DNA of 64,000 nt, taken from the IMG/VR virus record IMGVR_UViG_3300025150_000002, positions 139,522 to 203,521 of that record. One strand, written 5' to 3'. Source of the stretch: a virus. Lineage: Duplodnaviria; Caudoviricetes. Position numbers and translations under genes: made by a program. Under the pieces are notes generated by a model. That model saw only the letters and a program-made list of their open reading frames with translations, searched no databases and had not been told where the DNA came from. Within the stretch, counting starts at the first letter, position 1. Each line of letters starts with the position of its first letter. Positions 1-9,730 of the stretch are shown one piece after another.

Positions 1-2011
1 CCTCCTCTTCAGAGAGCTTTCCAGACCGGAACTTCTCATAGTCGAGTTTGTTGTGAATAGCGAAGAGCCGACGACGAACCTGCTTGGTCGGCATCTCCAT
101 TGAGACAACCAGCAGGCACTCACCAGGCCCGAGCTCCGGATCTCCCTTATTTGTGACTGCGGTCCAGATGTGGTCAACCCACTTCAGCAAAAGCCACGTG
201 TTATGGACGATCACATCGTTAGCGATGAAGCAGTGAGTTGGGATCACGGTCAGATCAAAGACTCGTCTCTCACCAACGCTCTCGACCATCACGATCTCAT
301 CCCACGTGATGTTGTCGTCGAGAACCCATCTGAGGTCTGAGTTGTAAACGTCGCAGAAGGCTTCAAACACCTTCCTCCGAATGCGGCCCGACTTGTAATC
401 CAGGACGTGGCTCTTCTGGAACGCGAAGTCGTAGCCGAGCTCCTCTCCAACCTCCTTGACCAACTCAGGCCGGTCCGACATCTCGGCCTTGATCTGGTCC
501 CAGAGCTCCTCGTTACGGATCCAGCCGACTCGGCTCCGGCCCTGAAACTTGATCTCCTGGAGCTTTGCTGCCTTCGGCCCGATGAGGTGCTGTCCAACCG
601 TCTGCTTGAATTTCTCGATGTGCTCCATGCGGATCACCACCTCGGAGTAGTCGCGCTCACCGTCCCTGGTGTTCCGGTGAATGGTTCGCACTCTCGAAGT
701 GACGCCGAACCTGAGGAGCAGGTGCTGAACCTGATCAGCCATCTTGCGAGAGCCGGTGGAGTAGCTGACAACCCCCTTCTTCTCAACCGATCCATCACAC
801 GACCACAAGCGCCCTAGAAAAAGGGCCAGCTGATGATTCGGAAGAGAGAACACAGCGTCAGGAATCGTCTTGTCGATTGATAGCTTTCCGTGAAGGTTGT
901 AAGACTTCAGCAGTTCAACGACACCGTTTCTTCCTCCGTGGAGTGTTACAACACGATGATTTCCAGGCTCATACTCATTGAGAGTGTGATCGGTTGTAGA
1001 GAGCGCCCCGTCCATATCCTCGACAATCTCTGGCACCGCACTTGTAAATGTAGGGGTCGATGGCTTGGTGCAACCACCCTCGGCGATCATGTAGGCCAGC
1101 ACCTTGATGGTTGCTGGTTCCATACACACAGGCGTTATCGGCTCAGGAAACACCGCCACAGCTGCAGTGTGATGTCCCTCCTGGAGCTCGTCGATCCTCT
1201 TCCAACCCGTAGGAGTCATCAACGGGTGTTCTGGCGTAGCGATAAGCGATCGACCGGACCTCCATGTGATCTTGAGACATTCCTTGATTCCCATATCGAG
1301 GTAGGCATCCGGTGACACACTGCGGAGAGGGGACGCCTTATCCCACGTGTGGAGCTGCCGAGTCCCCTCTCTGACAAACTCCTCAATGGGAAGTTGCACG
1401 CCTGTTCTAGCACAAATCACTGGAGTATCAGGACTTAGGCACTTGCCGGACTTTCGCTTAGCTAGGAGAACGGTGACCTCACCAGCCTGAAGGCCCAGGC
1501 TCGCTTTGTCACGAGACGGCCAGGGTGACGAGAACCCGAGCAGTCCACCATCGCGGCTCTTTGCGTCGAGGTAGTCGTCTTCGATTTCTGAGATAGCAGC
1601 CGCCGAGTTGGTGCTTATCACCGAACCAAGGCTCCAAGTGGTCTCCTTGACCAGGTCTCCTAGCGCGTCCCGGGCGGCGAACGGATCCTTGTAGACTTGC
1701 TCCGTGATCAGGTCCAGTCCGTCGGCCAGCTTATTCTGCAGCGTACGACGCATGATGTCTTGCGCGCATAGATCGACATCAAATTCAACGGCTGTCTCTT
1801 CGATGTCGATCGAGTAGTGCTGCCGAATCGTTGCCACGTTTGGCATCTTGCCCTTCGGCAAGAACACCTCCTCGAACGCGACGAAAATAGTGCGGTCATC
1901 GGCAGCAAGGATAAATTCTGCCTCGACCCCCATCGTTTTCGCCTTCTGAAAAGCGGGCACGCCGCCTTGCATAATGCTGTAGATGAGTGCCCGGTCTGGG
2001 TGGGTGTCCAC
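1..2011 (-). CDS. dnaB: DnaB-family replicative helicase with intein; 3' end runs off the window
   Basis: Manual translation from GTG at 2011 (overlaps upstream TAG): LGLQAGEVTVLLAKRKSGK|intein|TWLLL...VVSMEMPTKQVRRRL; absent from ORF track because no stop lies in the window. Confidence 0.9.
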   Translation of the reverse strand, partial: MDTHPDRALIYSIMQGGVPAFQKAKTMGVEAEFILAADDRTIFVAFEEVFLPKGKMPNVATIRQHYSIDIEETAVEFDVDLCAQDIMRRTLQNKLADGLDLITEQVYKDPFAARDALGDLVKETTWSLGSVISTNSAAAISEIEDDYLDAKSRDGGLLGFSSPWPSRDKASLGLQAGEVTVLLAKRKSGKCLSPDTPVICARTGVQLPIEEFVREGTRQLHTWDKASPLRSVSPDAYLDMGIKECLKITWRSGRSLIATPEHPLMTPTGWKRIDELQEGHHTAAVAVFPEPITPVCMEPATIKVLAYMIAEGGCTKPSTPTFTSAVPEIVEDMDGALSTTDHTLNEYEPGNHRVVTLHGGRNGVVELLKSYNLHGKLSIDKTIPDAVFSLPNHQLALFLGRLWSCDGSVEKKGVVSYSTGSRKMADQVQHLLLRFGVTSRVRTIHRNTRDGERDYSEVVIRMEHIEKFKQTVGQHLIGPKAAKLQEIKFQGRSRVGWIRNEELWDQIKAEMSDRPELVKEVGEELGYDFAFQKSHVLDYKSGRIRRKVFEAFCDVYNSDLRWVLDDNITWDEIVMVESVGERRVFDLTVIPTHCFIANDVIVHNTWLLLKWVDHIWTAVTNKGDPELGPGECLLVVSMEMPTKQVRRRLFAIHNKLDYEKFRSGKLSEEE
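200..1441 (-). mobile_element. LAGLIDADG intein (414 aa) in DnaB Walker A
   Basis: Starts CLSPDTPV after GK, ends CFIANDVIVHN before T; motifs VLAYMIAEGG and FLGRLWSCDGS. Confidence 0.93.
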
Positions 2012-2667
2012 TAGGACTCCTGTTCGGGATCGTTGCCCTTACGCCAGTTAAACCCTCTTACGCTGATCGAGTAGAAGCGAGAAGGGTCGACCAGAATAGA
2101 ACTGACAGATGGGTATTGTTTGATCAGCTCGGGAACCGGAAGGTTCGTTGTGATATAGGTGACGAGCCGGTCGTCGTAGCGACGTCTAATCAACTCTTCG
2201 ATGATCCGGATGTCCCCGGCCTTGTAACCGCCGGAGGCGAGCTCTGTACCGAGATCATCGATGGTCAGTAGCTGACTCCTTGTCAGCACTTCCCAGATCT
2301 CAATCCCATCACTGTTGGTCTCTGTCCACCGCTTCTCATAGGCGTGCTCAATGGAGGATGCTAGGCGGTGATAGCACTGGCCCCCGCGTGCCATGGCGGC
2401 CTTGAGCATTATCGATGCCACGCTGGTCTTTCCGTATCCGTGGTTACCCACGAACACGGCACCCTTGCCATTACGCTCATCTCGCGGAAGGTTGCTGATC
2501 ATGCTGATCAGCTTCACCTTGTGTGAGCAGGTATCCGGGACTCTTTGAACGCTCACCGGCCAGTAGGAGCGTCCGATCCCCGCGTTGCGGAGCATGGCCT
2601 TGGTGACCGAGAACGATGGTTCGGGAGAAAGCGGTCGGTGATAGAACTCAAGATCGCCATCAGGCAT
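2011..2667 (-). CDS. DnaC/IstB-like helicase loader ATPase
   Basis: Walker A GNHGYGKT, Walker B LLTIDDLGTE, RRYDDRLVTYITTNL; adjacent to DnaB. Confidence 0.85.
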   Translation of the reverse strand: MPDGDLEFYHRPLSPEPSFSVTKAMLRNAGIGRSYWPVSVQRVPDTCSHKVKLISMISNLPRDERNGKGAVFVGNHGYGKTSVASIMLKAAMARGGQCYHRLASSIEHAYEKRWTETNSDGIEIWEVLTRSQLLTIDDLGTELASGGYKAGDIRIIEELIRRRYDDRLVTYITTNLPVPELIKQYPSVSSILVDPSRFYSISVRGFNWRKGNDPEQES

Positions 2668-2675
2668 AACCGTAC

Positions 2676-4262
2676 CTACCCGTTGATCTGAGCACGGACG
2701 GCCGCAAACGGATCGTCATCATCATCACCGCTGGTGGTTTTACCCTCACCATCTACGACAGCCGAAGCCTTTCCGTGTCGCTTCGCGTAATTGTCCGCGT
2801 AGGCACTGTAGCGAACAGAAGGTGGTGAAATGATGCCCACGCCGATCAGCTGAGCCAGTCGATCGGCGTTGCAGTAAAACTGCTCGTAGTTTGGGTGTGG
2901 TCCGCCAGCCCACTTGAAGAACATCTTTGAGCGCTCGATGTTCTCGTAGTCGTCCACGAGTACCTGGATCATCTCGTAGAGCTGCTTCCGGTCGTAGCGC
3001 TTCAGGAGCTCGCTGCCCCACTTCATGTATTTCCCATCCGGGGCCTTAGCGAGACCAGCAGAAGGGAAACGGGTGAGAACCACCCTCCTGAAGTGGGTGA
3101 AGACCTGCCACGGGTTCTTCGGAACCTCGTCTACCGTCTCGGGGTCCGGGGTCGCCTCCTCGTAGATCTTCGAGGTGTCGGGTGAGATACCCTTGTCGCC
3201 GCCTGCGGAGCCTCCTACTGGGCTCCTACTGGTGACCACGTCCTTGATACCAGTTCGTGGTGTTCCCTTGCCCCTGACGCGCTCCAGACGCGCCCGGCGC
3301 TCCTCCTCTTGAGCCTTGGATGGCCTAGCCACATCGGTCTCCTTTTCTGACGCAGCGCGGCGTACAGACTCCGGTGCGGCGCGGCGTACAGACATCTGCT
3401 CTTGGTCACTTGTTGCGGTAGCGGTCGCGCCGCGCGTACGAGGGGGGACGCCCAAGGCACTCTTGTGCCTTGGTCCGTCCATCCCGTAAGGGATATCTAA
3501 GCTCTTCTCTAGAAGTTCATCTGTACCGGGGAGCAGTGGGTTGCCAGTACGGTGGCAACTGGTTGCCAGTACTACTGGCAACTGGTTGCCAGTACGGTGG
3601 CAACTGGTTGCCAGTACTACCCCCCCTAGTACTGGCAGTGGGTTGCCAGTACTAGGTGGTTCACCCCCCAAAATTACTGGCAACCCACTGCCAGTACTTG
3701 AGTCCGGCAGCCTCACGTTTGCAGCCAGTTGGGTGGCTCCATCATCCCGAGGGTCATCGCTTACGTGCGTCTCACCCTCATCGGCAGGTGTCTCCAGCGT
3801 GAACCCTCCGGTATACGTCTCGGGTCGTCCGGTCCGCCTCACGGCCTGTCGAGGTCGATAGGGACGACGCTGGAGGGTTTTCACGCCGCCCGAGGTCTCG
3901 ACGTAGGTCTTGGCGTCCAAGAGTCGGTTTGAGAGAAGCTCCTCTGGAGACATTATTGGAGGGGTCTCGTTGATGATGTAGACCGGGTAACGGTGGTCGT
4001 TGCCCACCGGCTGGATGGAGATCAACCCAGCGCGTTCGAGACTCCGTGTCGAGTTGAAGATGGTGCGCTCCGAGACCTTCATGATCCCTGCGAGGCACTG
4101 CTTGGTAAGCCTGCAGATCCTCGGCTCATTCGACTTGGTCTTCCGACAATAGGAGACCATGATCATGAATAGTCTTAGGTCGTTGCTGGTGATGTCTGGA
4201 GACCTAATGATGTCGTCAAAGACCTGCGAGAACAGGCGGGTCGGCTTCTTGTTGTCGCTCAC
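2676..4262 (-). CDS. Phage replication initiator (lambda O-like): N-terminal winged HTH, central repeat region
   Basis: N-terminal ITSNDLRLFMIM...LAGIMKVSERTIFNSTRSLERAGLI; internal DNA repeats; directly upstream of loader and helicase. Confidence 0.7.
   Translation of the reverse strand: MSDNKKPTRLFSQVFDDIIRSPDITSNDLRLFMIMVSYCRKTKSNEPRICRLTKQCLAGIMKVSERTIFNSTRSLERAGLISIQPVGNDHRYPVYIINETPPIMSPEELLSNRLLDAKTYVETSGGVKTLQRRPYRPRQAVRRTGRPETYTGGFTLETPADEGETHVSDDPRDDGATQLAANVRLPDSSTGSGLPVILGGEPPSTGNPLPVLGGVVLATSCHRTGNQLPVVLATSCHRTGNPLLPGTDELLEKSLDIPYGMDGPRHKSALGVPPRTRGATATATSDQEQMSVRRAAPESVRRAASEKETDVARPSKAQEEERRARLERVRGKGTPRTGIKDVVTSRSPVGGSAGGDKGISPDTSKIYEEATPDPETVDEVPKNPWQVFTHFRRVVLTRFPSAGLAKAPDGKYMKWGSELLKRYDRKQLYEMIQVLVDDYENIERSKMFFKWAGGPHPNYEQFYCNADRLAQLIGVGIISPPSVRYSAYADNYAKRHGKASAVVDGEGKTTSGDDDDDPFAAVRAQING
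3533..3697. repeat. Six iteron-like imperfect palindromes, TGGCA-N6-TGCCAGTAC; putative origin
   Basis: TGGCAACTGGTTGCCAGTAC x3, GCAGTGGGTTGCCAGTAC x2, one inverted copy at 3676-3697, all inside the initiator gene. Confidence 0.85.
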
Positions 4263-4582
4263 TTCGCACCCGCGCTGGCCAACTGTCTAAGGAGACTGTA
4301 CCCGTTGTCCAAGTGAAGCACTTCGATGTGCAACCAGGTTGAACCTTTGTCGACGCTGAGAAGCTCTAGCCCTACAAGCTTCTTCAGACCCTTGCGGACC
4401 GTAGAGACGCTGAAGTGGGTCTCCTTGGCGAGCTGGTCATAGCTGCCGTAGTCAGAGGGGTTGTGGTAATGAGTCCGATACTCGGCTGCGACGAAGAGGT
4501 AGATCAGCTTCTCTGAAGCTGTCAGGCCTGCATCACGAATGATGCGACCCGTTACCTCCGTCAGCGGTCTACGCCTTGGCAA
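4259..4582 (-). CDS. Winged-HTH DNA-binding protein (HTH_36-like)
   Basis: LTASEKLIYLFV...YDQLAKETHFSVSTVRKGLKKLVGLELL. Confidence 0.7.
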   Translation of the reverse strand: MPRRRPLTEVTGRIIRDAGLTASEKLIYLFVAAEYRTHYHNPSDYGSYDQLAKETHFSVSTVRKGLKKLVGLELLSVDKGSTWLHIEVLHLDNGYSLLRQLASAGAK

Positions 4583-4919
4583 CGAACTGCTCCGACGAGC
4601 TATTAAGCGTGATCAACCCGGTGTAGGGACCGCGCCTACTCTCGCGGGAGATAAACCCACGCTCCTCAAGTCGGACGAGCACTTCGGCCACTGTTCGCTT
4701 GGCGAGGCCGGTTCGATCGGCGATACCATCAAGACCATCGTCGATTTCTTTCGACTCGGTGCACAAGTCCATCAGGACAGCGAACACCCTAACCTCAGAC
4801 GAGGACAGAGTCCGATCGCTTACAAGTTGTCGAGGGACACGAAGATACCCATGTTCGCTGATAGACACACGAACCTCTAATCGATGAGTATTTTGTTGAA
4901 CCTGGGCGTTACAGCCCAA
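4569..4919 (-). CDS. Winged-HTH DNA-binding protein; true start probably downstream
   Basis: LSSSEVRVFAVLM...GIADRTGLAKRTVAEVLVRLEERGFI. Confidence 0.7.
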   Translation of the reverse strand: MGCNAQVQQNTHRLEVRVSISEHGYLRVPRQLVSDRTLSSSEVRVFAVLMDLCTESKEIDDGLDGIADRTGLAKRTVAEVLVRLEERGFISRESRRGPYTGLITLNSSSEQFVAKA

Positions 4920-5294
4920 GGGGCGAGTCTAGAAAGACTGGCAAGAATTGCAAGTCTTTCTCTTAAGACATCACAAACCAACAGCCGCAACTGAAGACAC
5001 AGCTTCGACTTTTATCGGGACCGCCAGGCTGGTCTTGCGGTGATGACGTGTGACCGCCAGTTAACCGTGCTTCTAGGGAGACGACGGGCGCCGATAATAC
5101 GACGGAGTTCGATAGCGTTGGTGAAGTGACCACCTCGAACCACGCAATCCAACAGATGGTCGAACTGGCACGACAGATAACCGCCGTCCAACGACGGGCC
5201 GTGCACCAGGTCAAGTGTGTGGAGCTCGAATGCCCCTGACTCGTAGTCGATGAACCCTCGCGATGAGAACGTGACTAACCCCTGAGTGATGAGA

Positions 5295-7205
5295 TTACGC
5301 CAGCGAGCGAGATCGCCATGAAACCCGACATCCACCATTATCCCAGGCTCCCCTGGCGGCTCGCCTGATGCCTGTCTCAGGACCCGACTCGAATCCCCAG
5401 GCACGTCCGCGCTGTTGTGCGTCGGGGGTGTATGGAAGATCTGAGGCGACGGCTGACGGCCAATAGGATCGGACGGACGGCATTGTGAACCAGGTGAATT
5501 CTCCGATGAGAGATCGGTTGGCCGGGGCGCGACCCTGTAGACATCTTGATTCTTGTTCAAGCATGGCCGCAGTAGCGGCTCGGATAAAGCTGTCGTCTCT
5601 GGAGAGGAGAGGGGTCCACTTCTCGACGAGGCTTGCGATGATGGAGTCGGGGTGAAGGTGGGCTGGAAAGATTGTGCTAAGTGCGGCACCTCCAGGCCGC
5701 CCTCGTTCCAATTCCGTCATCTGGCTCGTCGAACAGGCGCGGATCTCTGATGACGATACTGGCTGTGTCACAGGGCCAGCTGAGGCCTCGGACCGCGACT
5801 CTGACGCCACCGTTGTAGGCTCTGTGGATTCTGGCGAGCTCCCGCTCCCAGATTTCACGTGGGTAGATGCGACTGCTGTTGATGGGATGGATACAGGTGA
5901 ACGGGCGGCTGATACGAAAGGGTGGTCACCTCGCTCTCCAGGCGGATCGGAGTCCACAATCTGTTGGTGCTGAGCTGAGCTGTTGCCAGATTCGTTCTGC
6001 GTGCCAGGGCACGTGGGGGTAGGACGGTCCTCTGATACAAGCTCCTGGATCTGAAGATCGTTCAGGAACACGGTCATCGTAGGGTCCGGGCAGACCTCGC
6101 CATGAGCGACGAACCCGCTCACCGGAGCACCAGACGTGTTCTCGGACCACATGCAGCGCGTCCACTCGAAGACATTGCCGCAGTTGTCGTGGAGGCCCCA
6201 GTTGTTGGGGTCCTTCAGACCAACAGCCTTGTGCCCCTCTTCCCAGTCTCCACCGAACCAGGCGATCTTCTCTAGATCACTGTCGTTGTCTCCGTTCGGA
6301 TAGCGAGTGGTCGTGCCAGCCCGTGCCGCGTATTCCCACATAGCCTCTGACGGGAGCTGAAAGCCGCACCTTTCACCCTTCGAGTTCCAGAGCCAGGACT
6401 GATACGCCTTCTCTACCGGCTCAGAGAAGATCAGCGCACCGAACTCGCTGATGTCCACCTCACCATCGCTACGACGTGTGATGGGACCAAAAGGCGTGAG
6501 GTCGGCGATTCCGAATTCGACATCAAGCCACCGCACGTAGTCGGATCGCTTGTCGCCCTTTCCCACCCGGAAGAGGGCGTTGAAGCGCCTCGCGAAGTCG
6601 ATGCGATTGATCCAGTCCTCGACCTCGCGACACCGGTCCCAACTGACGGACTCGACAGGGTGGTCGCCCCAAAGCCGTTCATGATCGTCCGCTAGGTCCA
6701 GACGCACGGTGTCTGGAATTGATGGAACGCTTCGAGAGTCCTCTGATGTCGAGAACTCGGGGTGCAACTCCTCGACCATTGCCCTGGTAGGGAAGTGGGA
6801 TGGAAACTCACCCGTGACCCGATGCCACTCGCGGCCGGTCCACGGATATTTTGCCATCAAGAATGGCTCGTCGAAGACCCTCCGAACTGGAGCTGGAGGG
6901 TCCTCGTTTTCGTCTTCCTCATCGTCTTCGATGTCCTCGTCTTCGATGGATCGAGTAGGGCCCATCATGAACTCGCCGGCCGGGAGCAACACGAAGAGCA
7001 TCCCGGTTGTCTTGTGACGAAACTCGGCAAGTCCCTGAGCATTCAGCCCCGCCGCCGAGTAGAGGGTCGTCTCCTCTACTCGAAGGTGGTAGGGGATTTC
7101 GGCCCCAGACCGGCTAATTGCTGAGATCAGCTCTAGAAGATCATCGTGGGTTCTAGAGGAGTTGCTGTATCGGCGTTCTGCGTCGCGCAACCTGGCATCA
7201 GACAT
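5295..7205 (-). CDS. FGE-sulfatase (SUMF1/CLec fold) domain protein with a large C-terminal insertion
   Basis: PAGEFMMG, HPVESVSW, QLPSEAMWEYAARAGT, PNNWGLHDNCGNVFEW. Confidence 0.85.
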   Translation of the reverse strand: MSDARLRDAERRYSNSSRTHDDLLELISAISRSGAEIPYHLRVEETTLYSAAGLNAQGLAEFRHKTTGMLFVLLPAGEFMMGPTRSIEDEDIEDDEEDENEDPPAPVRRVFDEPFLMAKYPWTGREWHRVTGEFPSHFPTRAMVEELHPEFSTSEDSRSVPSIPDTVRLDLADDHERLWGDHPVESVSWDRCREVEDWINRIDFARRFNALFRVGKGDKRSDYVRWLDVEFGIADLTPFGPITRRSDGEVDISEFGALIFSEPVEKAYQSWLWNSKGERCGFQLPSEAMWEYAARAGTTTRYPNGDNDSDLEKIAWFGGDWEEGHKAVGLKDPNNWGLHDNCGNVFEWTRCMWSENTSGAPVSGFVAHGEVCPDPTMTVFLNDLQIQELVSEDRPTPTCPGTQNESGNSSAQHQQIVDSDPPGERGDHPFVSAARSPVSIPSTAVASTHVKSGSGSSPESTEPTTVASESRSEASAGPVTQPVSSSEIRACSTSQMTELERGRPGGAALSTIFPAHLHPDSIIASLVEKWTPLLSRDDSFIRAATAAMLEQESRCLQGRAPANRSLIGEFTWFTMPSVRSYWPSAVASDLPYTPDAQQRGRAWGFESGPETGIRRAARGAWDNGGCRVSWRSRSLA

Positions 7206-7229
7206 ATGCTGCTCCTAGACGTAGACCTT

Positions 7230-8903
7230 TTACCCGAAAAGGGAGAAGAAACCTCGCTTTGCTCCGGTGATGACGACTGTGAAGCTGGCGCTGTTGTTCA
7301 GGGTGCGTCCGTCGACCACCAGCCGCACCAGCCCCTTGACCTTGTTGCGGCCCAGATCACTGGTCGTCCAGGTCAGCCGGTGGCGAAGACCGTCCGGGGA
7401 TGTCGCGTAGCGCTGGGCCACACCCCTCAGGGCGCAAACCTTCCACGACCTACCACCATCGAGCGAGTAGTCGATTGAGACCGTAACGGGCCGCGAATCG
7501 CTGTTACGCAGCACAAAGGTGAGCTCCAGGTCGCCCTTTCCGGCGAACGACCCCTCCTTGAACCAGGCGTAGGTCAGGCCGGTGCTCGCGATGTCGTGGG
7601 TCTGACCGCCGACCGACCCGCTGAGCTTGAGGAGCTCGTCGCTGTTGAGCGGGCCGCGAAGGTAGCTGTAGGCCCACCGAATCTTGGTCACGGCATGATC
7701 GCCGGCTCGCTTGAGCACCAGGAAGTGACGCTGGGGGATCGCCGACAGCGTAGCCTGATCGACGTTCCGGTTCTCCAGCTCCTTCTTGAGGTCGCGGGCG
7801 CAGTCCCGAGGACGAAGGTTCCCGAGGAACCAGGTACCGACGTTGGTCAGCGCCTTGTAGTCCATGTCGTTCGGGTTCTGAGTCCCGATCAACATGCCGA
7901 TACCCTGAGCACGGCCCTGCGCCAGGAGGGTGCAGATCGGCTTCTTGGTCGGGGGATTCTTCGGGTAGGGCGGCAGGTAACCGCGCGCCTCATCGATTAC
8001 GACGAGCAGCTTCAGCTTGTTGCTCGCCGGCATGCGGAACATGTAGTCGACAATCGATGACAGCAGCATCGCTGCGAAGAACTGCCGCTCGTTCTCGTCC
8101 AGGTGGCGCAGGGTGAACACCGACACCTTGGGCTTGTCGGATCCTACATACCTGTCGACCGACAGGGGACCACCGTCTAGCCACTTGGCCGCCTGACGGC
8201 GGAAGCCGACAATGGACCGCGCGATCTGCATCCGGCGCTTCTTCGGGAAGAAGTCGTCCAGCTTAAGACCATCGATGGTCTGGAACTTCGCGGGCGGGTT
8301 GTTGAGCACGGCGGCCCAGGTCTCCAGTCCGGCGGGGGTTTGCGTCTGCCAGGCGTCGACCACGACATCGGTCAAGAGCACGTTTGCCGGGTCCGTCATG
8401 GGGTCGGCCGTGTGCCCGATCGCGCTAAGGATCGATGCGACAAGCGATGCGGCCCGATCACGCAGCGCCTGCTCGCTGTGATCCCCAACCGGACGGTCAA
8501 AGGAGGCCAACACGTTGACGGCCTGTCCGCCACCCTGGGTCTTACCCGGCGCGTAGATGGTGACCTCGGCTGAGTCTTTCCACCTCTTGACGTTAGGTGC
8601 CAGGTGACCAAGCTCATCACGGGCGCGCTCCGCCGCCTCTACTGGATCCTTGCCGTCCTCCATCCAGGGGGTGAACTCCTCGCTGGTCAGGTTGGGGAAT
8701 GCGAGCGCCAGGTTGGTGAGGTCGCCCTTAGGATCGATCACGATCGCAGAGGCACCGCTGAGGACAGCCTCCTCAATGATGGCGACCGTGGCTCCGGTCT
8801 TACCCGAGCCCGTCTTCCCCAGAACCACACCGTGGGTCGTAAGGTCAGCCGGGTCAATGGTCAGCTGCGATCCATCGTTCGTGTATCCGATCAGCATGGT
8901 CAT
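7230..8903 (-). CDS. HerA/FtsK-like (DUF87/DUF853-type) P-loop ATPase with C-terminal beta-rich domain
   Basis: THGVVLGKTGSGKT, IVIDPKGD, VVIDEA, GRAQGIGMLIGTQNP. Confidence 0.8.
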   Translation of the reverse strand: MTMLIGYTNDGSQLTIDPADLTTHGVVLGKTGSGKTGATVAIIEEAVLSGASAIVIDPKGDLTNLALAFPNLTSEEFTPWMEDGKDPVEAAERARDELGHLAPNVKRWKDSAEVTIYAPGKTQGGGQAVNVLASFDRPVGDHSEQALRDRAASLVASILSAIGHTADPMTDPANVLLTDVVVDAWQTQTPAGLETWAAVLNNPPAKFQTIDGLKLDDFFPKKRRMQIARSIVGFRRQAAKWLDGGPLSVDRYVGSDKPKVSVFTLRHLDENERQFFAAMLLSSIVDYMFRMPASNKLKLLVVIDEARGYLPPYPKNPPTKKPICTLLAQGRAQGIGMLIGTQNPNDMDYKALTNVGTWFLGNLRPRDCARDLKKELENRNVDQATLSAIPQRHFLVLKRAGDHAVTKIRWAYSYLRGPLNSDELLKLSGSVGGQTHDIASTGLTYAWFKEGSFAGKGDLELTFVLRNSDSRPVTVSIDYSLDGGRSWKVCALRGVAQRYATSPDGLRHRLTWTTSDLGRNKVKGLVRLVVDGRTLNNSASFTVVITGAKRGFFSLFG

Positions 8904-8991
8904 AGTCTGTTCTGCCTTTTAGGTGATCTCGGGTATCACCTGATAGGCGAACTGGTGCGGATGCATCGAGTTATCCGAAGGGGATCAAGCC

Positions 8992-9519
8992 GTGGCCATG
9001 AACATCAAGGAATTTTTCAAGGCGAGGGACGACTCTGATCGAAGAAGTCGGTTCAACCCTAACCGTAACCTTCGGCTGTCCTATGTTCGTACGGAGCCAA
9101 AGGGATGGCCGCTGACACGGCCTGCCACCAGTATCGAGTGGGCGCATGTGCTCAAGGTTATGATCATGCGCCGCGTCCCGAAGTCGGGACCGATACATCA
9201 GATCAAACTGATCCGGTACGTATCAGAGGACTTGTTGGCCGCCAGCGCGGCGGGCAAGATCTACGTAGACAATGACTTCGTCGAGATGCGAAGGGTCATG
9301 GGAGTCTTCGAGAACATGTGCGGACGAGATAGGACGCTGCGCACAGCCCCTTTCATGGAGGATCCGGATATGGCCTATGAAGCACCAGCTGTTTACAGAA
9401 CGGACGCGGCAGATCGCTGGCTGGAGAGGGTCCCGGTCGTCGTTATGGCGGTTGTGAACCAACTCCCAACTACGAGTGTACTCGACATGATGGTCCAGGC
9501 ATTGTTGGATGATGAGTAG
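8992..9519 (+). CDS. Hypothetical protein with LDxL tag
   Basis: Ends TSVLDMMVQALLDDE. Confidence 0.6.
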   Translation: MAMNIKEFFKARDDSDRRSRFNPNRNLRLSYVRTEPKGWPLTRPATSIEWAHVLKVMIMRRVPKSGPIHQIKLIRYVSEDLLAASAAGKIYVDNDFVEMRRVMGVFENMCGRDRTLRTAPFMEDPDMAYEAPAVYRTDAADRWLERVPVVVMAVVNQLPTTSVLDMMVQALLDDE

Positions 9520-9718
9520 GGAACCCATCCCCCGAGTGGACCACCGTTTTTGTGGTTTTGATGATCTTCCAGCTCCCTGAGCTGGGTAGCCCTAGCACGG
9601 CCGACGCGACGGCCTTTAGCGCGGCGTCCTCGCTGGTGAACGCCCCAGCATTGCAGAGCAGGACCCCACGTCGACTAAACAGGAGCAGGGTGTAGTTGAC
9701 ATCGTTGGGTTGATCCAC
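9470..9718 (-). CDS. Hypothetical protein
   Basis: Co-oriented behind 9731 ORF; 3' end overlaps opposite-strand gene. Confidence 0.4.
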   Translation of the reverse strand: MDQPNDVNYTLLLFSRRGVLLCNAGAFTSEDAALKAVASAVLGLPSSGSWKIIKTTKTVVHSGDGFPTHHPTMPGPSCRVHS

Positions 9719-9730
9719 ATCAGGTCCTTG

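Noticed and set aside
289-1908. Short ORF-track calls over the first 2 kb
   Set aside because: They are shadows of the minus-strand DnaB/intein frame, which the track missed because it has no stop in the window.
3533-3697. CRISPR array
   Set aside because: Repeats are about 20 bp with 0-25 bp irregular gaps, lie inside a CDS, and no cas genes are present.
5012-7205. Diversity-generating retroelement target
   Set aside because: The FGE/CLec fold is a known DGR target type, but I saw no reverse transcriptase or template/variable repeat pair in the window; a remote DGR cannot be excluded.
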